Below, in pieces: positions 1 through 11,016 of a DNA stretch of 64,000 nucleotides. Location: assembly GCA_037137535.1 (NCBI GenBank), contig JBAXKC010000003.1:73960-137959 (forward strand). The letters are read 5' to 3'. Numbering within the stretch: position 1 is the first letter of the stretch; the number at the start of each line of letters is the position of its first letter. The notes under the pieces were generated by a model. The model was not told the DNA's origin, did not search any database, and saw nothing but the letters and a program-made list of their open reading frames with translations. Position numbers and translations under genes: made by a program. Origin of the DNA: a bacterium (GTDB lineage Bacteria; Cyanobacteriota; Vampirovibrionia; Gastranaerophilales; JBAXKC01).

Positions 1-1
1 A

Positions 2-1522
2 TTGAATTTTATTCCTGAAAGATGGACAAAAACTTATCTTGACTGGATGGAAAATATTAGAGATTGGTGCATAAGCAGACAATTATGGTGGGGGCATCAA
101 ATTCCTGCATTTTATTGTGATGATTGTAAGGAAATGATGGTATCAATAGAAAGACCTTCAAAATGTACTAAATGTAGTTGCACAAATATTACTCAGGACA
201 GCGATGTTCTTGATACATGGTTCTCTTCAGCTCTATGGCCGTTTTCAACAATGGGTTGGCCTGATTTTGAAAGTGCTGATTTTAAAAAGTTTTATCCAAC
301 CTCAACACTTGTAACAGGATTTGACATTATCTTTTTCTGGGTAGCAAGAATGGTTGTAATGGGTTATCACTTTACCGATAAATCACCGTTTGAAAATGTA
401 TTTATTCATGGACTTGTAAGAGATGAGCATGGACAAAAAATGAGTAAATCAAAAGGAAATACAATAGATCCGGTTGAAGTTATAGACCAATACGGTTGTG
501 ATGCCTTAAGATTTACGCTTACAAACCTTGTAACCTACGGTGGACAGGATATTAAAGTTTCAAACGAACGCTTTGAATTCGGTAGAAACTTTGCAAATAA
601 AATCTGGAACGCTTCAAGATTTGTGCTTATGAACCTTGAAGGGGTTGATCAAAATCCTATCAACTTTGAAAACCTAACTATTGTAGATAAATGGGTGCTT
701 CATAAATTAAACGAAGCGTCTGATTTAATGAATAAAAACATTAAAACTTTCCGCCCCGGTGAAGCAAGCAGTATAATTTATGAGTTTTTCTGGAATACCT
801 ATTGTGATTGGTATGTTGAGCTTGCAAAAGTTCAGCTTCAAGATGAAAACCTTAAAGCAAATACTCAAAGAGTGTTAAAATATGTTCTTGAAAAAACTTT
901 AAGACTGCTTCATCCTGTAATGCCACATATTACAGAGGAAATTTGGCAAATATTACCTGCTGATGACCTTAAAGACGGTTTAGTCAGTATAATGAAAGCT
1001 GATTATCCTCAATTTAACGAAAGTTTTGTAAATGTTGAATCTGATAAAGCGATGGACTTTATTATTGAAGCCGTAAGAAATATTAGAAATGCCAGACAAA
1101 CTTTGAATATTGCACCTTCAGTTCGCATAAAAACCTTTATATATGCTCAGGACAGTTTTGAATATGCAACATTAGAAGCGGCTAAACCTTATCTTTCAAC
1201 GCTTGCAAAAATTGAGGAATTCAATATATCAAACGAAGAATGCAGGGAAATACCGCCTCAATCAGCAACAGCCGTTGTAGGAAGTTCAAAAATTATCATT
1301 CCTCTTGCTGGACTTATTGATATTGAAAAAGAAACTGCAAGACAGAATAAAAAGCTTGAAACCCTTGTAAAAGAGCTTAACAGTCTTGAAGGACGCATGA
1401 AAAACGAGAAATTTGTGAGTAATGCTCCTGCTGATGTTCTTGAACAAACCCGCTCGAGAATTGAAGAAATTAAAGTTCAATCAACAGCAATTAATGAGCT
1501 TTTGGCTTCGTTAAAAGGTTAA
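2..1522 (+). CDS. valS: Valine--tRNA ligase, 5' end truncated by window edge
   Basis: [31 protein letters not shown] motif, C-terminal coiled-coil arm. Confidence 0.98.
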   Translation: MNFIPERWTKTYLDWMENIRDWCISRQLWWGHQIPAFYCDDCKEMMVSIERPSKCTKCSCTNITQDSDVLDTWFSSALWPFSTMGWPDFESADFKKFYPTSTLVTGFDIIFFWVARMVVMGYHFTDKSPFENVFIHGLVRDEHGQKMSKSKGNTIDPVEVIDQYGCDALRFTLTNLVTYGGQDIKVSNERFEFGRNFANKIWNASRFVLMNLEGVDQNPINFENLTIVDKWVLHKLNEASDLMNKNIKTFRPGEASSIIYEFFWNTYCDWYVELAKVQLQDENLKANTQRVLKYVLEKTLRLLHPVMPHITEEIWQILPADDLKDGLVSIMKADYPQFNESFVNVESDKAMDFIIEAVRNIRNARQTLNIAPSVRIKTFIYAQDSFEYATLEAAKPYLSTLAKIEEFNISNEECREIPPQSATAVVGSSKIIIPLAGLIDIEKETARQNKKLETLVKELNSLEGRMKNEKFVSNAPADVLEQTRSRIEEIKVQSTAINELLASLKG

Positions 1523-1532
1523 GAGAAATAAT

Positions 1533-1572
1533 ATAAAACAAAAACCGCTCGCAAGGGTGGTTTTTGTTTTAT
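1533..1572 (+). terminator. Intrinsic terminator after valS
   Basis: ATAAAACAAAAACCGCTC-GCAA-GGGTGGTTTTTGTTTTAT hairpin with T-tract. Confidence 0.85.
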
Positions 1573-1611
1573 CATGACTGGTCTTTTAGTTTATAACAGG
1601 AGTTGCTAATA

Positions 1612-1920
1612 ATGGCTTTTTTAGGGATTTTAGGTTTTAGTTTATTTTTGACAATAATTGTATTGATAATTACATCTATCATCACTTATTCACTTATAAC
1701 TATGATTAAAGAAATAAAATTTATTCAAATATCATTATGGAACTTATTTATTATACTTTTGTCTCAGTTTTTCCTTATAAGTCTTTTTCACTCTCCAAAA
1801 GAGTCCCCTCTTGGCTCTGCAATATTTCAAACAGCTATATTCTTTAGTTTTATGTTTTATTTAGCAATACCAATTTCATACATAATTTATTGTTCAAATA
1901 AAATAAATAAAACTTCATAA
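1612..1920 (+). CDS. Small hypothetical membrane protein (about 3 TM)
   Basis: AGGAG 9 nt before ATG 1612 (the track's TTG 1603 abuts the RBS); three hydrophobic stretches. Confidence 0.6.
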   Translation: MAFLGILGFSLFLTIIVLIITSIITYSLITMIKEIKFIQISLWNLFIILLSQFFLISLFHSPKESPLGSAIFQTAIFFSFMFYLAIPISYIIYCSNKINKTS

Positions 1921-1987
1921 ATTTATCGCCGCAGTTCAAAAAAAAATTTGTTAAGTTCAATTAATAAGCATTAAGGAGCTTTTTGTG

Positions 1988-3430
1988 CTATTTCTCAACC
2001 ATAGCAAGCTTTTCCATCATTCTGCCTGCCCAGAATTTATCGCTGATTTGAACAGCTGCGTTTAATGATTTTTTATAAAGCTTTGCCGCTTTATCTTTTT
2101 GTCCGCTTTGCATCATAATATCGCCTGATTGCTCATAGCTTTTTGCGTAGCCTGAAATATTTCCTGCCATAACATCAAATTTTACGGCTTTTGAATAATT
2201 TTCCAGAGCTTTTTTGTTATAGCCAAGATCTCTGAATACTCCTGCAACGTTGCTCAAGACGGAGGATTTTCCAACATTGTCATCAAGCTGGCTTACTAGT
2301 GAATAAGCAACTTTATAATAATTGAGAGATTTTTTATAATCGCCTTTTACTGCAAACATATTGCCGATGTTGTTGAGTGTAAGAGATTGTCCCTGAATAT
2401 TTTCAGTTTGTCCGTCAAGACCTAAAGCCGCAAAATAATGCTGTAAGGCTAAGTCAACCTTGCCCACATCATCATAAAGTGTCCCCATATTATAATGAGC
2501 TTTTGACTGAATTTCGTTATCGCCAAGAGCTTTTCCCGTAAGAGCAGCACTATTATAATATTCTAGCGATAAAGGAATATTATTATTCATATCGTGCATG
2601 TAGGCTAAATCCATGTAGATTTTTGCTTCGGTTTTTAAGTCGCCGATATTTCTTGCAACTTGTAAAGCCTTGTCATAACCGGGCATGGCTTTTTCAAATT
2701 CGCCCGAATCAACAAGCGATTCAAGTTGCTGATAGACTTTTAAAAGTTCTGTATTACTTGCTGTTAGCTCAGGAACTACGGGTTTTGTCGGTTGCCCGAG
2801 GTCAGCTTTTCTTGTAGTTATTTCAGTTTTTGTAGCAGAGAGTTGAATTGGAGGTTCAACAGAGGGAGCTTCTTCAATTAACTCTTCATAAGAGTGCGGT
2901 TCGTACTTTGTAACAGGAGTTGTTATTGTCGGCTCAACTTTTGTTGTTTGTTCTGCTTTCCAATTAATATTTTGAAGGAAAAGCGCTTTTACCCAGTTAG
3001 ATACTACATCAGACGGTTTTCCTAAACTATCTGTGATGAAAGTATCTAATACATTTGATGCGTTGAGTAAGTTTGATTTTATTATATTTACAGTAGGCTT
3101 TGGTTTTAGGGCTTGAATATGGACGAGATCAAGATAGCCGTTTACTTCTTTTTCAATTTCGGGCGTAACACCTATTGCGCCTAATGTATTTTTAAAATCC
3201 ACTAAAATCTGATTAACAGTTATAACAGTGCTGTTGTAGTCTATTGAGCTTTTTCTGTTAGGGCTTTTAGAGCTGCTTTGTTCGTCCCCTGCCTTTGATA
3301 AGGAAGGGTTTTCACTTTGGACTTTTTGCTCAGCATTGTTTGTCTCAGAAGTTTCTGCTTTTTTTAGCGGTCTTCTGATAATCTGAGGTCCATATGGATT
3401 ATTATAAAGTTGATTTACTCCGTTATACAA
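1988..3430 (-). CDS. TPR-repeat protein with low-complexity N-terminal half
   Basis: C-terminal 40-aa TPR-like repeats (HYNMGTLYDDVGK, LNNIGNMF, LSNVAGVF); start uncertain, TTG 3430 preferred (GAGGG upstream), ORF open to 3505. Confidence 0.8.
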   Translation of the reverse strand: MYNGVNQLYNNPYGPQIIRRPLKKAETSETNNAEQKVQSENPSLSKAGDEQSSSKSPNRKSSIDYNSTVITVNQILVDFKNTLGAIGVTPEIEKEVNGYLDLVHIQALKPKPTVNIIKSNLLNASNVLDTFITDSLGKPSDVVSNWVKALFLQNINWKAEQTTKVEPTITTPVTKYEPHSYEELIEEAPSVEPPIQLSATKTEITTRKADLGQPTKPVVPELTASNTELLKVYQQLESLVDSGEFEKAMPGYDKALQVARNIGDLKTEAKIYMDLAYMHDMNNNIPLSLEYYNSAALTGKALGDNEIQSKAHYNMGTLYDDVGKVDLALQHYFAALGLDGQTENIQGQSLTLNNIGNMFAVKGDYKKSLNYYKVAYSLVSQLDDNVGKSSVLSNVAGVFRDLGYNKKALENYSKAVKFDVMAGNISGYAKSYEQSGDIMMQSGQKDKAAKLYKKSLNAAVQISDKFWAGRMMEKLAMVEK

Positions 3431-3932
3431 AGTACAACCGTCCCTCTTAGCTTCAGAGTCATAATTTAACCCTTTGCCATGCCCCAACAAATAAATGCTC
3501 AGCAAATAGCTGTTACTCTATATATAGTATCTCTTAAAACCCCAAAATCTTTTTACACCATATGGTTGATTTTTTAAATCATGTTGTATATCTTTTTACA
3601 AATTTACATTAAGGTTATAGATTATTTTAATGATTATTAGGAGGAAAGCAAAAAATCTTTCTGATTTAACACTTTATCTCTGATATAATCTGCCCGTAAG
3701 TTACTGATAATTTATGTATAGGTTTATTTTCAGAATTTTAAAATATATTTTACTGTGATTTTTATTACCTATTGGGGGTTAATAATAAATATTTAATAAT
3801 TGTTTTTTTAGTATAAGCATATATATTTATTTGCATGATTATTTGTATATTTATTTTAATATTTTAGCAATTTTTATTTTCAGTTACGTTTGATTATGTG
3901 AAACTAACATAGAAAGAAGGAGGTTATTACAT

Positions 3933-4469
3933 ATGCAAATTAATACAACTCAAAATCACTATGCAAGTTCTTTAAATAAAAACAACCAACAAGTAGGTTT
4001 TGGTATGGCAAAAGTAGATTTAACAAAGGTTAAATATTTAATGCCTAAAACTGCTGAGGGACAAAAAGCTTTAGCGAGTGCAGTAGAGGTTTTTGAAAAA
4101 ACAACAGCAGGTATTAAAGGTACTGTAGAATTAAACGTAAAGTCTTTAGACAGATATGCAAAAGAAGGAGCTAAAAGATCAGATGGTTTAGTTCAATATG
4201 CAGATGAAGGTCGCAGAGTAAGCGTAGGATCATTTAAACAAAAAATTAGTGCAATATTTAAGCCGGAAGAAAATAAGGGCTTATTTAATCTAGGAAACAA
4301 AAAAGTACCTCAAATTCAAATAGAAGAATTAAATCGCTCTCCAATCGTTCAAGAAAGTGATTTTAATCTTGGTGCCTTTGCTCGTCAAGATAAAGACTGG
4401 CAGGAAAATGGGTTAACAGGAGCTGTAAAAAATCTTGCAAACGCTTTGAGCAAAGCGATTGGTAGATAA
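3933..4469 (+). CDS. Orphan protein with polar N-terminal leader (MQINTTQN...VGFG)
   Basis: Strong RBS AAGGAGG, 178-aa ORF, downstream hairpins; no recognisable domain. Confidence 0.8.
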   Translation: MQINTTQNHYASSLNKNNQQVGFGMAKVDLTKVKYLMPKTAEGQKALASAVEVFEKTTAGIKGTVELNVKSLDRYAKEGAKRSDGLVQYADEGRRVSVGSFKQKISAIFKPEENKGLFNLGNKKVPQIQIEELNRSPIVQESDFNLGAFARQDKDWQENGLTGAVKNLANALSKAIGR

Positions 4470-4546
4470 AACACTAAACGAATTCAAGAAAAAGTATCTA
4501 AATATTTATTAGAAATACTTTTATATTGATAATCTAATTTTTATAT

Positions 4547-4590
4547 AAAAAGAGGCTGTTCCAAAAGTAAAAAGTAACAGCCTCTTTTTT
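4547..4590. terminator. Bidirectional intrinsic terminator between convergent genes
   Basis: AAAAAGAGGCTGTT...AACAGCCTCTTTTTT. Confidence 0.8.
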
Positions 4591-4651
4591 GTAGGGTTCA
4601 TTATATTTAAAATAATTTTCTTATATAAATTATTTTGTCAAGTTTAAAGCA

Positions 4652-6385
4652 TTAATTTTCTATTTTTATTCTTTCTTGAGGAGATATTTCTATTGGTTCA
4701 GACTGATTTTTAATATATTCAGTTACTGCATCAGACATTGTCCAATCAAATATATTCATAACTCTATCTTCTTGATTAAGCATCTTATATCCAATAGATC
4801 CTGCAAATAAATAACCGTCATAAGCTACTGAGAATTTATGTGTAGGTTTATATTCGGAAAGATTTTTATCTGTGCCATCAGGTTGTTCTATAAAAATTTG
4901 AGAAACTTTATTATTACTATCGAGTTTGTATTTTAACCCCGAAGTTTGTAAATATTCAGGCTTTGTGGAAAGAGTAGAAGCTCCATGGTCTATTGCCTGT
5001 TTTATTTCATCTGCTGTTAATTCAACTTTATAAATTTTATTTTTAAACGGAAGTAATTCTTCAATTTCTCTTTTTGTTATAACTTGAACAGGTTCTGCGT
5101 TTTCCTCACTACCTATTTTGCCTCTGACTTTTGAATTATTAAAAAATGCTATATCAGCCCCTGCTTTGTGTTTAATTGCGTCTGCAACAAAACTTGCCAG
5201 AGGATTTTCAAGTTTTTGATTTTCGTTAATTATATTATTGAATACTTTAAGTTTGCCTATATCTTTATTTTTTCCTAAAAATTTGTCTTTAAGCTCTTGA
5301 ATAAGCGGGTCTTTTACTCTTTCTTTTATTTTATCCAGCTTATTTCCAACGCTCCTTATCGAGCCGTGTTTATCAAATTCAACGTCTAATAACCCTGCAT
5401 ATTCGCCATTTTTTCCTGCTTGAGTAACGACAACTATATTATTCTCAGAGTCTAAGAACATATTTTGTTCAGATTTTTCATACATGTTCGGCATTAAGGA
5501 TAATAAATTTTCAGGTGAAGCGTTTTTAAATACATCATGAGAATGTCCGCCTAATATGACATCAATTCCCTTTAAATGTCCCTGCTTTATTTCGTTTATA
5601 AGCCCAATATCTGCCTGTTTTCCCAGGTGAGAAACAAGAAATATTTTATTTATTCCTTGTTTTTTTAATTTATCAAGTTCATCGCTTATACTTTGAACAG
5701 TATCTTTGAAAATACCAAGTTTTAACCTTTCAAAAACAGCTTGAAACTTATCTGTTATGTTTTGATTTGAGAGAGGAGAAGGATGTTTAATTAATTCTGA
5801 TAATTCTTTTTCTTTTTTTCTTAATTCTTGTTCTGATTTTCCGAGAGAAATCCCCGAAAGATCCGCATTACCACCTACAGCTTCTTTTAAATCCATAGGA
5901 GCAACCCCAATAAATCCATATTTATGACCATTTTGAATAGAAATATCAGATTTTACAATTTTATCTTTATGTTTATAAACAGGACTGTCTTTTTGGACTT
6001 CAGTATTTGCTGATAAAAACTTAAAATTTGCCCTTTCTAGTAAATCAGTAAAACCTTTTTCACCGTTATCAAGCTCATGATTGCCTAGAGCTGAATAGTC
6101 TAAGCCTATTTTATTTAAGCATTCTATCCATAAACGATTTTTAGGGACATCTGTATCAATACAATTATCACCGGAGGAAATTAAAAAAGTATCAACAGGC
6201 TGGTAGTAATTTTTGGCATCCTGTTTGAATTTGTCGGAAGAAATTTTAATTCCATCCATCTTGGATAACTGCCCATGAACATCGTTTATATACCAAATTT
6301 TTACATTGGCGGTTTCTTTTTTTTCTTCTTGCGAACGAGTAAAGAAACCTTTAAATGGTAATTTATCAGAATATGAATTAATCAT
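4652..6385 (-). CDS. Bifunctional metallophosphatase/5'-nucleotidase (UshA-like), no Sec signal visible
   Basis: NDVHG, SSGD, LGNHELD, SHLG and GGHSH metal-binding motifs, QAG..G.Y, C-terminal 5'-NT domain (ENPLASFVADA, LLPFKN); ATG 6385 has GGGAG RBS. Confidence 0.9.
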   Translation of the reverse strand: MINSYSDKLPFKGFFTRSQEEKKETANVKIWYINDVHGQLSKMDGIKISSDKFKQDAKNYYQPVDTFLISSGDNCIDTDVPKNRLWIECLNKIGLDYSALGNHELDNGEKGFTDLLERANFKFLSANTEVQKDSPVYKHKDKIVKSDISIQNGHKYGFIGVAPMDLKEAVGGNADLSGISLGKSEQELRKKEKELSELIKHPSPLSNQNITDKFQAVFERLKLGIFKDTVQSISDELDKLKKQGINKIFLVSHLGKQADIGLINEIKQGHLKGIDVILGGHSHDVFKNASPENLLSLMPNMYEKSEQNMFLDSENNIVVVTQAGKNGEYAGLLDVEFDKHGSIRSVGNKLDKIKERVKDPLIQELKDKFLGKNKDIGKLKVFNNIINENQKLENPLASFVADAIKHKAGADIAFFNNSKVRGKIGSEENAEPVQVITKREIEELLPFKNKIYKVELTADEIKQAIDHGASTLSTKPEYLQTSGLKYKLDSNNKVSQIFIEQPDGTDKNLSEYKPTHKFSVAYDGYLFAGSIGYKMLNQEDRVMNIFDWTMSDAVTEYIKNQSEPIEISPQERIKIEN

Positions 6386-6473
6386 TATTGTATTCTCCCA
6401 CCTTAAAGTTAAAAACACATTAGATGAGCTGTCAAGATTTTTGTATAATTCTTATTGTAAGCGTTTTCAGTAA

Positions 6474-7646
6474 TTAATATTTCAATACAAAAGCTTTGTT
6501 CGTTGAATGCCTATAAGGAGGCACACGTCCCCCAGCAAATAAAACAGTATTATCTTTTAGTTGCGTTATTGTAGGAGCATAATGATTAGTATCATATTTA
6601 ACCTTATAAAAAGTATTAGTTTTAGGTGAAAATATTTCTATATCAGTTTGTGAGCCTCTTAAGTGATTATATCCCCCAAAAATCAAGAAGTTCCCATTAT
6701 TTAATAAGATTTCATCACTTCCCATTCTTGGTTTTGTCATATTAGAATCGAACATAATAAATTTATTTAAAGCAGCATTATAATATTCACAACTGTTGAG
6801 AATTTTGTTATTCGTGTCTATTTCTTGTCCACCACATATTAAAACCCTCTTATCATTAAGTTTAACTACTATCCCACCCCTTCTTTGATAATTCATATCA
6901 GGACCTGAAGAATATGTTTCTGTTTTAGGATTAAAAATAAATGTTTTTTTTCGTTCATAAGATATAACTAACACATTACCATTATCTAGATTAACCAGTG
7001 CCCCACTCCACCACCTTATGTCTTTAACAACAGTGTTAAAGGTATTATCTTTTGGATTATATATTTCTGTTGACGGGATATGCGAACCCACATCTTTTAA
7101 CATTATTTTTCCATCATCAAGAATAAGTGGTATAAATCCATTTATCATTTCATTTTGTGCTATTATCAGTTCTGGACCTTGGTAAAATTTATTAGTAATC
7201 GGATCATAAAATTCTGTAGTTCTAATACCAGCTTCGCCAGGCCCAGGTATATATCTTCCATTTGCATTAACAGTACCTGGTTTATCATCATCAGCCCATC
7301 CGCCAATAATAAAAACCCTTCCATCATTTAATAATACTGCAACGGGTTTTTCTCTAGCAAAAAGCATATCAGGTCCCATAGTAAATTTTTTGGTTTTAGG
7401 ATCGTATATTTCTGTACTTTTTAATGTTTGATGATTAAATGGCAAAGCACTGTTTCTACCCCCTATAATTAGTACACGTCCATCTTGTAGTAATGTAGCC
7501 GTATGTCTGCACCTGGCAATATTTAAGTTTCCTACTTTTTCAAATTTTAAATTATTGCTGTTTTCTGCGATTACACATCTACCTATACAAAACACTAAAA
7601 CTAAAATACTAAATATAACAATATAGTTTTTGGTGATTTTGTTCAT
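6474..7646 (-). CDS. Secreted Kelch-repeat/galactose-oxidase-like beta-propeller protein
   Basis: Repeated R..H.A.LL.DGRVLI.GG...E.YDP units; N-terminal hydrophobic signal; ATG 7646 follows GGAG. Confidence 0.85.
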   Translation of the reverse strand: MNKITKNYIVIFSILVLVFCIGRCVIAENSNNLKFEKVGNLNIARCRHTATLLQDGRVLIIGGRNSALPFNHQTLKSTEIYDPKTKKFTMGPDMLFAREKPVAVLLNDGRVFIIGGWADDDKPGTVNANGRYIPGPGEAGIRTTEFYDPITNKFYQGPELIIAQNEMINGFIPLILDDGKIMLKDVGSHIPSTEIYNPKDNTFNTVVKDIRWWSGALVNLDNGNVLVISYERKKTFIFNPKTETYSSGPDMNYQRRGGIVVKLNDKRVLICGGQEIDTNNKILNSCEYYNAALNKFIMFDSNMTKPRMGSDEILLNNGNFLIFGGYNHLRGSQTDIEIFSPKTNTFYKVKYDTNHYAPTITQLKDNTVLFAGGRVPPYRHSTNKAFVLKY

Positions 7647-7730
7647 AATACACTCCAATATCTAATTTACTAATAATTTTTATCAATACGCACTATTAAT
7701 ACCAAATAAATTATTTTAAATATTAATCAT

Positions 7731-7770
7731 AAAAAGCAAAAGCCGAATAATCATCGGCTTTTGCTTTTTT
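7731..7770 (-). terminator. Intrinsic terminator after recA-rny-ymdB-PHP operon
   Basis: AAAAAGCAAAAGCCGA...TCGGCTTTTGCTTTTTT. Confidence 0.85.
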
Positions 7771-7782
7771 ATATTGAATTTA

Positions 7783-8646
7783 TTATTTAGCAGCTATTTC
7801 TAAACGATTTTTTTCTTCTCTAAGTCCTGATATTACCCATTCAGGAATGAAATTTTTGCCTAAGAAAAGCTGTTTATTTGCTTTTGGCCCATGGCAGTCA
7901 GAACCGCCTGTTACTATAAGCCCGTATTCTTCGGTTAAAGTTGAATAATATTCAACCATAGCTGGAGAATGTTTTCTATGATAAACTTCAATTCCTCTAA
8001 GCCCAAAATTCATAAGATCTTTTACAAGGCTTTCCACATTTTCAAGATCGCATGGATGAGCAATTACAGGAATCCCGCCTGATTCATATATGGTTTCAAC
8101 AGCTTCATGAGGAGAAACGGTTATTCTGCGTACATATGTAGGTGATTTATCGTTAATATACTTAGAATACGCTTCTAATACGCTTTTTGTACCGCCCACA
8201 TTAACAATTGATTTGGCAATATGTGGTCTTCCGATGCTTCCGCCTTCCATTACAAGAGAAGTAACATCTTCAATTTTAATAGGCATTTTCGCTTCTTTAT
8301 TTAATTTTTCAATTATTTTATAGGTCTGCTCAAGTCTTGCATGCTGCTGATATTTTATCAGTTCGGCAAGTGGTTTTGCGTTTAGATTCATATGGTAACC
8401 CAATATATGAATTTCCTGCCCTTCCCAGATAGTGTTTACTTCAATACCCGGAATGATTTCCATTTGCTTGCCTGTTTGTGATTCCAATAAATCAGCATGC
8501 TTTTTTGCAAGCTCAAAAGAACCCACATTGTCATGATCTGTAATTGAAATAGCCGAAAGTCCTAATTCATAAGCCGCATCTACAATCTGTTCGGGCGTTA
8601 ACGTCCCGTCAGAATAGACGCTGTGAATATGCAAATCCAATTTCAA
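7783..8646 (-). CDS. PHP domain phosphoesterase (TrpH/YciV-like)
   Basis: DLHIHSVYSDG, ITDHD, GRPHIA, AHP, TGGSDCHG. Confidence 0.92.
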   Translation of the reverse strand: MKLDLHIHSVYSDGTLTPEQIVDAAYELGLSAISITDHDNVGSFELAKKHADLLESQTGKQMEIIPGIEVNTIWEGQEIHILGYHMNLNAKPLAELIKYQQHARLEQTYKIIEKLNKEAKMPIKIEDVTSLVMEGGSIGRPHIAKSIVNVGGTKSVLEAYSKYINDKSPTYVRRITVSPHEAVETIYESGGIPVIAHPCDLENVESLVKDLMNFGLRGIEVYHRKHSPAMVEYYSTLTEEYGLIVTGGSDCHGPKANKQLFLGKNFIPEWVISGLREEKNRLEIAAK

Positions 8647-8665
8647 CTTTCTATCCTTTCATAAT

Positions 8666-9472
8666 TTATCCTACCTCTTTTATGTCTATTAATTCATTAA
8701 TTCTTTTGATTTCTAAAGCATTGCCTGTTTTTGTGTCAATGCTTATTTTAACTCCGTTTATGCGGGTCCTTCCAATTTGAGCGACATCATATCTTTCAGG
8801 AAGACCTGTTATAAATCTTTTTAATGATCCTGCCATGTCCATTCCTATTATGCTGTCAACAACAGAACAGCTTCCTGCGTCTGTAATATAAGCGGTAGTG
8901 CCGCTTAAAATGGTTTCATCTGCTGTCTGAACATGTGTATGTGTTCCCACAAGAACGCTAACACCCAATGATTGAGCATAATAGCCTAGTCCTATTTTTT
9001 CAGCGGTGGCTTCAGCGTGAAAGTCTACAAAAATTATCGGAGTTTGTTCTTTTAATCTTTTAACTTCAGTCTCCAATGCTTCCCATGGGCTTTCGTAAGG
9101 TGGCATGAATACTCTTCCTAATAAGTTTATTACACCTATTTTTATACCGTCTTTTTCAAATATTTCAGAACCTTTACCCGGTACTGTTTTAGAAAAATTT
9201 AACGGACGTAAAAGAGCAGGAGCTCTGTCTATATAATTAAAGATATCTTTTTTGTCCCAAATATGATTTCCCGAGGTTAAAATATCAATTCCCGCCTCGG
9301 TTAATTCATTATAATTTTTCTCCGTAAGACCGAAGCCATGCGAAGCGTTTTCAACGTTAGCTACAATAAAGTCAGGCTGTATTTCAAGCGCTGACAAGTA
9401 TTGTTGAACTGCTATTCTGCCGGGTCTACCGACAATATCTCCTAAAAAGAGTATTTCTATGAGCGATTTCAT
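8666..9472 (-). CDS. ymdB: YmdB-family 2',3'-cyclic nucleotide metallophosphoesterase
   Basis: [47 protein letters not shown]; follows rny. Confidence 0.93.
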   Translation of the reverse strand: MKSLIEILFLGDIVGRPGRIAVQQYLSALEIQPDFIVANVENASHGFGLTEKNYNELTEAGIDILTSGNHIWDKKDIFNYIDRAPALLRPLNFSKTVPGKGSEIFEKDGIKIGVINLLGRVFMPPYESPWEALETEVKRLKEQTPIIFVDFHAEATAEKIGLGYYAQSLGVSVLVGTHTHVQTADETILSGTTAYITDAGSCSVVDSIIGMDMAGSLKRFITGLPERYDVAQIGRTRINGVKISIDTKTGNALEIKRINELIDIKEVG

Positions 9473-11016
9473 TTTGCGATTTCTGTAGCTCTAATTTCTC
9501 TTACAACTGTAACCCTAATTTGTCCAGGATAATCAACTTCATTTTCAATGCGTTTTGCAACGTCTCTTGCGAGCTTGCTTGCTCCGATATCATCGAAAAT
9601 ATTAGGCTGAACCATTATTCTAAACTCACGACCTGCTTGAACAGCGAATGAACGCTTAATTCCAGGGAAACTTTGAGCAATGTCTTCAAGTTTTTGAATA
9701 CGTTTGATATAAATTTCAAGAGTATCTCTTCTTGCGCCTGGTCTGCCTGCACTCATTGTGTCAGCAATTTTTACAAGAACTGCTTCTACTGAATTAGCTA
9801 TAACATCACCATGGTGGGCTTCTATTGCATTTACTACTTCTTCAGTTTCCCCATAACGTCTTGCAAGTTCTACACCAAGCTCAATATGAGTTCCTTCTTG
9901 TGTCTTATCAACCGCTTTTCCTAAATCATGAAGAATACCAGCTCTTTTAGCTATCATAACATTTGCACCAAGCTCTGCCGCAAGCATTCCAGCTAAATGA
10001 CCAACTTCTTTTGAGTGAGCATAAACATTTTGACCATAACTTGTTCTGTAAAATAATCTTCCGATATGTTTCAGAAGCTCAGGATGTATATTTACGATGC
10101 CAAGCTCCATCGCGGCAGCTTCACCGTCTTTAAACATTCTTTCTTCTATTTCTTCTCGGGACTTTTCAACCATTTCTTCAATTCTTACTGGGTGAATACG
10201 TCCATCGCTTATAAGTTTTTCTAAAGCCACACGAGCAACTTCTCTTCTTACAGGATCGAAGCAGGAAAGAACAACCGCCTCAGGAGTATCATCAATAATA
10301 AGATCAACGCCTGTAAAGGTTTCAAGGGCTCTTATGTTTCTGCCTTCTCTACCGATAATACGGCCTTTCATTTCGTCATTAGGAAGATTTACAACTGATA
10401 CTGTAGATTCAACTACCTGATCAATTGCACATCTTTGCATGACGTTAGAGATGATTTCTCTTGCGTTAGTGCTGGCTGTTTCTTTTATGCGAAGTTCGTT
10501 TTCACGAATAAGTTGAGCTGATTCAAGTTTAAGATCATTTTCAAGCTGTTTTAATAATATATTTTTAGCTTCTTCGCTTGTTATTCCTGAAATTCTTTCA
10601 AGCTCTGAAGTTTGTTTTTGAACTAATTCAGCAAGATAATCTTCTTTTTCATAGAGTTCATCTATTTTCTTTTTTAGATCTGATTCTTTTTCAGTAACAG
10701 TAAGCATTTTCTTTTCATAGGATTCTTCTTTTTGAAGAAGTCTGTGCTCAAGTCTTGCAAGCTCTCCACGTCTTTCTCTTGTTTCGCTTTCAAATTCCTG
10801 CCTTTGGTTATGCAGAGCTTCTTTAGCTGATATAAGCGCTTCTTTCTTTTGAAGTTTTATTTGTTCTTCTGCTTCTGCTATTTTATTTTTTGCAGCAAGG
10901 TCAATATCTTTTATTTGACCTTCTTTGGTTTTTAACTGCATATATAGATACGCCGCATATACGGCAATAATTGCAATTATTATTATAAAGCCCGTTATTA
11001 ATAATATATTTTCTAT
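9469..11016 (-). CDS. rny: Ribonuclease Y; probable ATA start at 11016 adding the N-terminal TM anchor
   Basis: KH domain ([12 protein letters not shown]), HD motif (LHDLGK), coiled coil; in-frame hydrophobic segment upstream of the first ATG (10941). Confidence 0.95.
   Translation of the reverse strand: MENILLITGFIIIIAIIAVYAAYLYMQLKTKEGQIKDIDLAAKNKIAEAEEQIKLQKKEALISAKEALHNQRQEFESETRERRGELARLEHRLLQKEESYEKKMLTVTEKESDLKKKIDELYEKEDYLAELVQKQTSELERISGITSEEAKNILLKQLENDLKLESAQLIRENELRIKETASTNAREIISNVMQRCAIDQVVESTVSVVNLPNDEMKGRIIGREGRNIRALETFTGVDLIIDDTPEAVVLSCFDPVRREVARVALEKLISDGRIHPVRIEEMVEKSREEIEERMFKDGEAAAMELGIVNIHPELLKHIGRLFYRTSYGQNVYAHSKEVGHLAGMLAAELGANVMIAKRAGILHDLGKAVDKTQEGTHIELGVELARRYGETEEVVNAIEAHHGDVIANSVEAVLVKIADTMSAGRPGARRDTLEIYIKRIQKLEDIAQSFPGIKRSFAVQAGREFRIMVQPNIFDDIGASKLARDVAKRIENEVDYPGQIRVTVVREIRATEIAK

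Noticed and set aside
3506-3932. Long intergenic region with an AGGAGG near 3640 suggesting a hidden small gene or RNA
   Set aside because: No start codon at suitable spacing and no convincing stems; treated as a divergent promoter region.
3933-4010. The G-F in VGFG/IGFN leaders as a type IV prepilin cleavage site
   Set aside because: No hydrophobic helix or Glu+5 follows, and most family members have S/N/A/P rather than G before F.
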